Positions 57,501-64,000 of a stretch of DNA of 64,000 nt are shown piece by piece; the stretch's first letter is position 1; the number at the start of each line of letters is the position of its first letter. The DNA is from an uncultured Methanomicrobiales archaeon (GTDB taxonomy: Archaea > Halobacteriota > Methanomicrobia > Methanomicrobiales > Methanospirillaceae). The notes beneath the pieces were generated by a model that worked only from the letters and a program-made list of their open reading frames with translations, was not told where the DNA came from and ran no database searches. Both the position numbers and the translations under genes were made by a program. Where the stretch lies: assembly GCA_963758915.1 (NCBI GenBank), contig CAVWXH010000015.1, positions 81,737 to 145,736 of the forward strand, read 5' to 3'.

Positions 57501-60500
57501 AATACATTGAGCGGTATCAACCTGACGAACTCGAACTGGAACACCCTGTTCAACAACACGGCGAACAGCAACAGCCAGGACGGGATCGTGCTCACGAATT
57601 CGTCCAACAATACATTGTACCAGAACATTGCCCGTTACAACCACCAGGACGGTATCCTCGTCAACCTGTCGAGCAACGGGAACAACCTCACCGAAAACCA
57701 GGTATGCGGAAACCTGTGGAACGGTATAGAAGTCAACGGGTCGGGCTGGAACGACCTTGTGAACAATGAAGTGTGCGACAATGGCCGGAACGGAATCCAG
57801 CTGACGGGTGCAGATCATAACAACCTGACGAGCAACATTGTCTACAACAACTCGTTGAGCGGCATCAGCCTGTCCGAATCTAACTGGAACAACCTATCAG
57901 GTAACGTGGTAACCAATAATTCACAGTCCGGAATATCCCTGACCGGATCAAGCCTCAACACCCTGTACAACAACACCGCAGTGCAGAACAAACAGAATGG
58001 TATTGCGCTGGACCTCGGCAGCAACAGCAACAACGTGACCGGGAACAATGCGAGTTTCAACAGCTGGAATGGTATCTACCTGAACGGGTCGACGCTGAAC
58101 GACATCACCCTGAACAATGCCAATTCGAATGGTTACAACGGTATCAGCCTGAACAACTCGTTCCAGAACAATATCACCAGCAACAACGCGATAAATAACA
58201 CGTTCAACGGCATCCAGCTGACGAATTCGAGTAATAACCTGGTCTATAACAACACCGCAGTACAGAACAAACAGAACGGTATTACGCTGGACCTCGGCAG
58301 CAACAGCAACAACGTGACCGGGAACAATGCGAGTTTCAACAGCTGGAATGGTATCTACCTGAACGGGTCAACGCTGAACAACATCACCCTGAACGATGCC
58401 AATTCGAATGGTTACAACGGTATCAGCCTGAACAACTCGTTCCAGAACAATATCACCAGCAACAACGCGATAAACAACACGTTCAACGGCATCCAGCTGA
58501 CGAATTCGAGTAACAACCTGGTCTATAACAACACCGCAGTACAGAACAAACAGAACGGTATAATGCCTGGACCTCGGCAGCAACAGCAACAACGTGACCG
58601 GGAACAATGCGACATTCAACAGCTGGAATGGCATTGCCTTGAATGCATCAGACAGGAACAACCTGACGAGCAATAACGCGAGTTACAATGCATTGAGCGG
58701 GATCAACCTGACGAACTCGAACTGGAACACCCTGTTCAACAACACGGCGAACAGCAACAGCCAGAACGGCATAGTGCTGACGAATTCGTCCAACAACACG
58801 CTGTACCAGAACATTGCCCGGTACAACCACCAGGACGGTATCCTTGTCAACCTGTCGAGCAACGGGAACAACCTCACCGAAAACCAGGTATGCGGAAACC
58901 TGTGGAACGGTATCGAAGTCAATGGATCGAGCTGGAACGACCTTGTAAACAATGAAGTGTGCGACAACGGCCGGAACGGCATCCTGCTGACGGCAGCAGA
59001 TCACAACAACCTCACGGGCAACGTTGTCTACAACAACACGCTTAAACGGCATCAGCCTGTCCGGATCTAACTGGAACAACCTCTCAGGGAATCTTGTCAC
59101 CAATAACACGCTGAACGGCATATCCCTGTCTGGATCATTGAACAACACGCTGTTCAACAACACAGCCGTTCTGAACAAACAGAATGGTATTGCACTGGAC
59201 CTCGGCAGCAACGGTAATGACCTGGTATTGAACAATGCCAGCAACAATGCCTGGAACGGTATCGCAGTCAACGGGTCCAACTGGAATAACCTGACCAGTA
59301 ACCAGGCGAATGACAACCCGTTCAGTGGCATCAACCTGACGAACTCGAACTGGAACACCCTGTTCAACAACACGGCGAACAGCAACAGCCAGAACGGCAT
59401 AGTGCTGACGAATTCGTCCAACAACACACTGTACCAGAACATTGCCCGGTACAACCACCAGGACGGTATCCTTGTCAACCTGTCGAGCAACGGGAACAAC
59501 CTCACCGAAAACCAGGTATGCGGAAACCTGTGGAACGGTATCGAAGTCAATGGATCAAGCTGGAACGACCTTGTGAACAATGAAGTGTGCGACAACGGCC
59601 GGAACGGTATCCTGCTGACCGGAGCAGATCACAACAACCTCACGGGCAACGTTGTCTACAACAACACCTTAAACGGCATCAGCCTGTCCGGATCTAACTG
59701 GAACAACCTCTCAGGGAATCTTGTCACCAATAACACGCTGAACGGCATATCCCTGTCTGGATCATTGAACAACACGCTGTTCAACAACACAGCCGTTCTG
59801 AACAAACAGAATGGTATTGCACTGGACCTCGGCAGCAACGGTAATGACCTGGTATTGAACAATGCCAGCAACAATGCCTGGAACGGTATCGCAGTCAACG
59901 GGTCCAACTGGAATAACCTGACAAGTAACCAGGCGAATGACAACCCGTTCAGTGGCATCAACCTGACGAACTCGAACTGGAACACCCTGTTCAACAACAC
60001 GGCGAACAGCAACAGCCAGAACGGCATAGTGCTGACGAATTCGTCCAACAACACACTGTACCAGAACATTGCCCGGTACAACCACCAGGACGGTATCCTT
60101 GTCAACCTGTCGAGCAACGGGAACAACCTCACCGAAAACCAGGTATGCGGAAACCTGTGGAACGGTATCGAAGTCAATGGATCAAGCTGGAACGACCTTG
60201 TTGAACAATGAAGTGTGCGACAACGGCCGGAACGGCATCCTGCTGACAGCAGCAGATCACAACAACCTCACGGGCAACGTTGTCTACAACAACACGCTTA
60301 AACGGCATCAGCCTGTCCGGTTCTAACTGGAACAACCTCTCAGGGAATCTTGTCACCAATAACACGCTGAACGGCATATCCCTGTCTGGATCATTGAACA
60401 ACACGCTGTTCAACAACACAGCCGTTCTGAACAAACAGAATGGTATTGCACTGGACCTCGGCAGCAACGGTAATGACCTGGTATTGAACAATGCCAGCAA

Positions 60501-63500
60501 CAATGCCTGGAACGGTATCGCAGTCAACGGGTCCAACTGGAATAACCTGACAAGTAACCAGGCGAATGACAACCCGTTCAGCGGCATCAACCTGACGAAC
60601 TCGAACTGGAACACCCTGTTCAACAACACGGCGAACAGCAACAGCCAGAACGGCATAGTGCTGACGAATTCGTCCAACAACACCTGTTCCAGAACATTGC
60701 CCGGTACAACCACCAGGACGGTATCCTTGTCAACCTGTCGAGCAACGGGAACAACCTCACCGAAAACCAGGTATGCGGAAACCTGTGGAACGGTATCGAA
60801 GTCAATGGATCAAGCTGGAACGACCTTTTGAACAATGAAGTGTGCGACAACGGCCGGAACGGCATCCTGCTGACCAGTGCAGATCACAACAACCTCACGA
60901 ACAACGTTGTCTACAACAACACGCTTAAACGGCATCAGCCTGTCCGGTTCTAACTGGAACATCCTGTTCAACAACACCGTCTATGATAACCACGAGAACG
61001 GGATCTCGCTCACCGATTCCCATGATCTCAACCTGACAGGCAACACCGTGTTCAATAATACCCTGAACGGTATCCTGCTGACGAATATAACCAGCACCAA
61101 TCTGACTGGCAACAACGCGAGCTACAACAAACTAGATGGAATCCTCCTCATTAATTCGGAACACAACAACCTTACCGATAATCTCGCAAACGGGAACACG
61201 TTGAGCGGCATCAACCTGACCAGTTCGAGCTGGAATACCCTGTTCAACAACACGGCAAGGGATAACCACGAAAATGGTATCTCGCTTACCGATTCCCACG
61301 ACCTGAACCTGACGAGCAACATCGCATTCAACAACACGCAGAACGGCATCCTGCTCACGAACGTAACAGGAACCAACCTGACCGGGAACAACGCAAGTTA
61401 CAACGGGTTCAGCGGTATCAACCTGGTGAATTCAGATAATAACCGCCTGATTAACAACACTGCAAACGACAATACAGAGAACGGAATATCGTTGACCAAC
61501 TCGTCCGACAACCTGGTATTCAACAACACAGCCCGGTATAACCACCAGGACGGGATCCTGTTGAACCGATTGAGCAATAGGAACAACATCACCGAAAACA
61601 GTGTTTGCGGCAACTTGTGGAATGGTATCGAAGTCAATGGTTCGGATGGCAATGACCTTGTGAGGAACACGGTTTGTGACAACGGGCAGAATGGTATCCT
61701 GCTTACGGGATCTGAGTATAATAACCTGACCAGCAACGTGGCCTATAACAACACGTTGAGCGGCATCAACCTGACCAGTTCGAGCTGGAATACCCTGTTC
61801 AACAACACGGCAAGGGATAACCACGAGAATGGCATCTCGCTCACCGATTCCCACGACCTGAACCTGACGAACAACACGGCATTCAACAACACGTTGAACG
61901 GGATCCTCCTCACGAACATCACAGGAACCAGCCTGACCGGGAACAATGCAAGTTATAACGGGTTCAACGGCATCAGCCTGGTGAATTCAGACAATATCCG
62001 CCTTGTCAGCAACACGGCGAATAACAATACAGCGAATGGTATATCGTTGACCAACTCGTCCGACAACCTGTTGTTCAACAACACCGCCCGGTTTAACCAC
62101 CAGGACGGGATCCTGTTGACCCAGTCGAGCAATGGGAACAACCTTACCGAAAACAGTGTGTGTGACAACTGGTGGAACGGCATTGAACTCAGCGGCTCGG
62201 AAAACAACGACCTGATCAACAACACAGTATGCAACAACGGCCGGAACGGCATCCTGCTTACGGGATCTGAGTATAATAACCTGACCAGCAACGTGGCCTA
62301 TAACAACACGTTGAGCGGCATCAACCTGACCAGTTCGAGCTGGAATACCCTGTTCAACAACACGGCAAGGGATAACCACGAAAACGGTATCTCGCTTACC
62401 GATTCCCATGACCTGAACCTGACGAACAACATCGCCTTCAACAACACGCAGAACGGCATCCTGCTCACGAACGTAACAGGTACCAACCTGACCGGGAACA
62501 ATGCGAGTTACAATGGGTTCAGCGGTATCGACCTCGTTAATTCAGACAAGAACATCCTGATCAACAATATCGCAAACAACAACACGCAGAATGGTATCTC
62601 GCTTACCAACTCGTCCAATAATGTAGTATTCAACAACACCGCCCGGTTCAATTACCAGGACGGAATCCTGCTGAACCAGTCGAGCAACGGTAACAATGTC
62701 ACCGAGAACATGGTGTGTGGCAACTGGTGGAACGGGATAGCAGTAGACGGGTCAGAAAGGAATGAACTGGTAAACAACACAGTCTGCGATAATGGTCAAA
62801 ATGGTATCCTGCTGACAAATTCAGCACATAATAACCTGACAAATAACCTTGCCTACAACAACACGTTAAACGGCATCAACCTGACCGGTTCGAGCTGGAA
62901 CACCCTGTTCAACAACACGGCCAGTGACAACCTCGATAACGGTATCTCGCTCACCGATTCCAACGACCTGAACCTGACGAACAACATCGCATTCAACAAC
63001 ACGTTGAACGGTATCCTCCTCACGAACATCACAGGAACCAGCCTGACCGGGAACAATGCAAGTTATAATGGGTTCAACGGCATCAGCCTGGTGAATTCAG
63101 ACAATAACCGCATTCTCAACAACACGGCCAATAACAATACCCAGAATGGTATTTCGCTTACCAATTCATCCGACAACCTGCTGTTCAACAACACAGCCCG
63201 GTTTAACCACCAGGATGGGATCCTGTTGAATCAGTCGAGTAACAGGAATGATATCCTCGAGAACAGCGTCTGCGGCAACTTATGGAATGGTATCGAGGTT
63301 AACGGTTCTGACTGGAATGACCTCGTCAACAACACGGTCTGCAACAACGGCCGGAACGGCATCCTGCTTTCCGGTTCAGATCATAACAACCTGGAGCACA
63401 ACAACATTACCGGAAACCTGCTGGATGGGATCAACCTTACGAATTCAGACTGGAACACCTTGTTCAACAACACGGTCAGCAATAACCGGGGTAACGGAAT

Positions 63501-64000
63501 TTCACTCAATTCCTCTGATAACAACTGGCTTGAGGGTAACAACCTGGCATCAAATACCAAATCAGGGGTCCTTGTCCAGAATTCTTTCAATGACACGGTC
63601 ATCAATAATACCATCCAGCGGAACGGGAATGGCGTAACCTTTGAAAATACCAACGGCAGTTACATCCTTGGCAATCTTATCAGTGGGCAGACAGGGAATG
63701 GAATTACGTTCAATTCATCGTACTTCAATCGATCGCCAATAACACGGTTGTGAACAATGGTCAATACGGTATTTACTATAACGGGTCCGGTAATAACACG
63801 GTGTACAACAACTGGTTCAATAACAACGCAAACGTCAAACTCGATGGTTCGAACCTTGGAAACCTCTGGAATATCCCGAAAACAGGCCCATATACGAATA
63901 TCTATGGAGGCCCTTACCTCGGTGGTAACTACTGGGCACAGCCCAACGGGCAGGGATGGTCACAGATAACCCCGAACCGCAGTGACGGATTTACGACCAT
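39552..64000 (+). CDS. Giant secreted Asn-rich right-handed parallel beta-helix (NosD/CASH/PbH1) surface glycoprotein, more than 8,100 codons; frameshifted in this assembly and running off the window
   Basis: Signal peptide (..LFAAGGVHA|EE), Pro/Thr linker, then continuous GI.L..S.NN.L..N.A..N rungs across all consecutive + strand ORFs. C-cap motif NNWFNN...WN...NIYGGPYLGGNYWAQPNGQGWS at about 63800-63960. Confidence 0.88.
39743..40115 (+). repeat. 69-bp tandem repeat, about 5.5 copies (TPTGTPAEQESIENEVTPPVVLV)
   Basis: CACCCCGGCTGAGCAG recurs every 69 nt. Confidence 0.92.
42600..43850 (+). repeat. 282-bp (94-aa, 4-rung) tandem repeat, about 4 diverged copies
   Basis: RGYSGINLTGSSNNTLFNNTAWYN recurs. 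Antisense ORF boundaries 43125/43407/43689 are spaced 282 apart. Confidence 0.85.
50850..53650 (+). repeat. Two further 282-bp repeat families, including a garbled segment at about 51450-52130
   Basis: Periodicity 52645/52927/53209/53491. The NNTWNGLSLTNSSNNTVYNNTA unit repeats over 51.0-52.5 kb. Confidence 0.8.
53965..56678 (+). repeat. 567-bp (189-aa, 8-rung) near-perfect tandem repeat, about 4.8 copies
   Basis: Unit starts at 53965, 54532, 55099, 55666 and 56233, with only scattered substitutions. Confidence 0.95.
56750..58630 (+). repeat. 279-bp (93-aa, 4-rung) repeats in two sub-arrays
   Basis: NKQNGIALDLGSNSNNVTGNNASFNSWNG recurs at 279-nt spacing. Confidence 0.85.
58690..60960 (+). 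repeat. 627-bp (209-aa, 9-rung) near-perfect tandem repeat, about 3.6 copies
   Basis: Antisense ORFs at 59135 and 59762 are spaced 627 apart. ENQVCGNLWNG recurs. Confidence 0.9.
60950..63480 (+). repeat. 555-bp (185-aa, 8-rung) tandem repeat, about 4.5 diverging copies
   Basis: Periodicity 61743/62298/62853 and 61398/61953. Confidence 0.9.

Noticed and set aside
53965-63480. AAC-rich near-identical repeats suggesting a diversity-generating retroelement TR/VR pair
   Set aside because: No reverse transcriptase in the window. Differences between copies are mostly synonymous and not adenine-specific, and the repeats are in-frame coding units.
43125-63653. Many long antisense ORFs (e.g. 44196-45347, four 186-aa copies, 58648-59595)
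   Set aside because: Shadows of the AAC/AAT-rich sense frame. They repeat with the same periods and give Leu/Val/Phe-rich nonsense.

Overview
Archaeal chromosome segment from a hydrogenotrophic methanogen, probably Methanomicrobiales (inferred from gene content and order, not from a search). It spans the replication origin. Left part (1-23 kb): cofH, signal peptidase and DNA polymerase D small subunit, then a C1-metabolism block made of a K+-independent H+-pyrophosphatase, a complete cdhABCDE operon, a stand-alone B12-binding corrinoid protein, a DUF166-like protein, a triply frameshifted corrinoid activator (RACo/ASKHA) and CooC, followed by a COG1361/MacB/LolD-type ABC triad. Middle (23-39 kb): housekeeping genes around oriC (pdxTS, cbiB, trm112, purA, aminotransferase, Lrp, cdc6, ORB-containing origin, moaB, cgi121, hel308, dim2, rio1, tyrS, gap). 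Right part (39.5 kb to beyond the window end): one giant secreted Asn-rich right-handed beta-helix (NosD/PbH1-type) gene of more than 8,100 codons. It is built from tandem repeats whose periods are whole numbers of helix rungs, carries recurring i/i+23 Cys pairs, and is broken by frameshifts that mostly look like long-read assembly errors. Three diverged ~260-bp structured MITE-like elements with IS903-like ends lie at gene 3' ends. No rRNA, tRNA or CRISPR array was seen.
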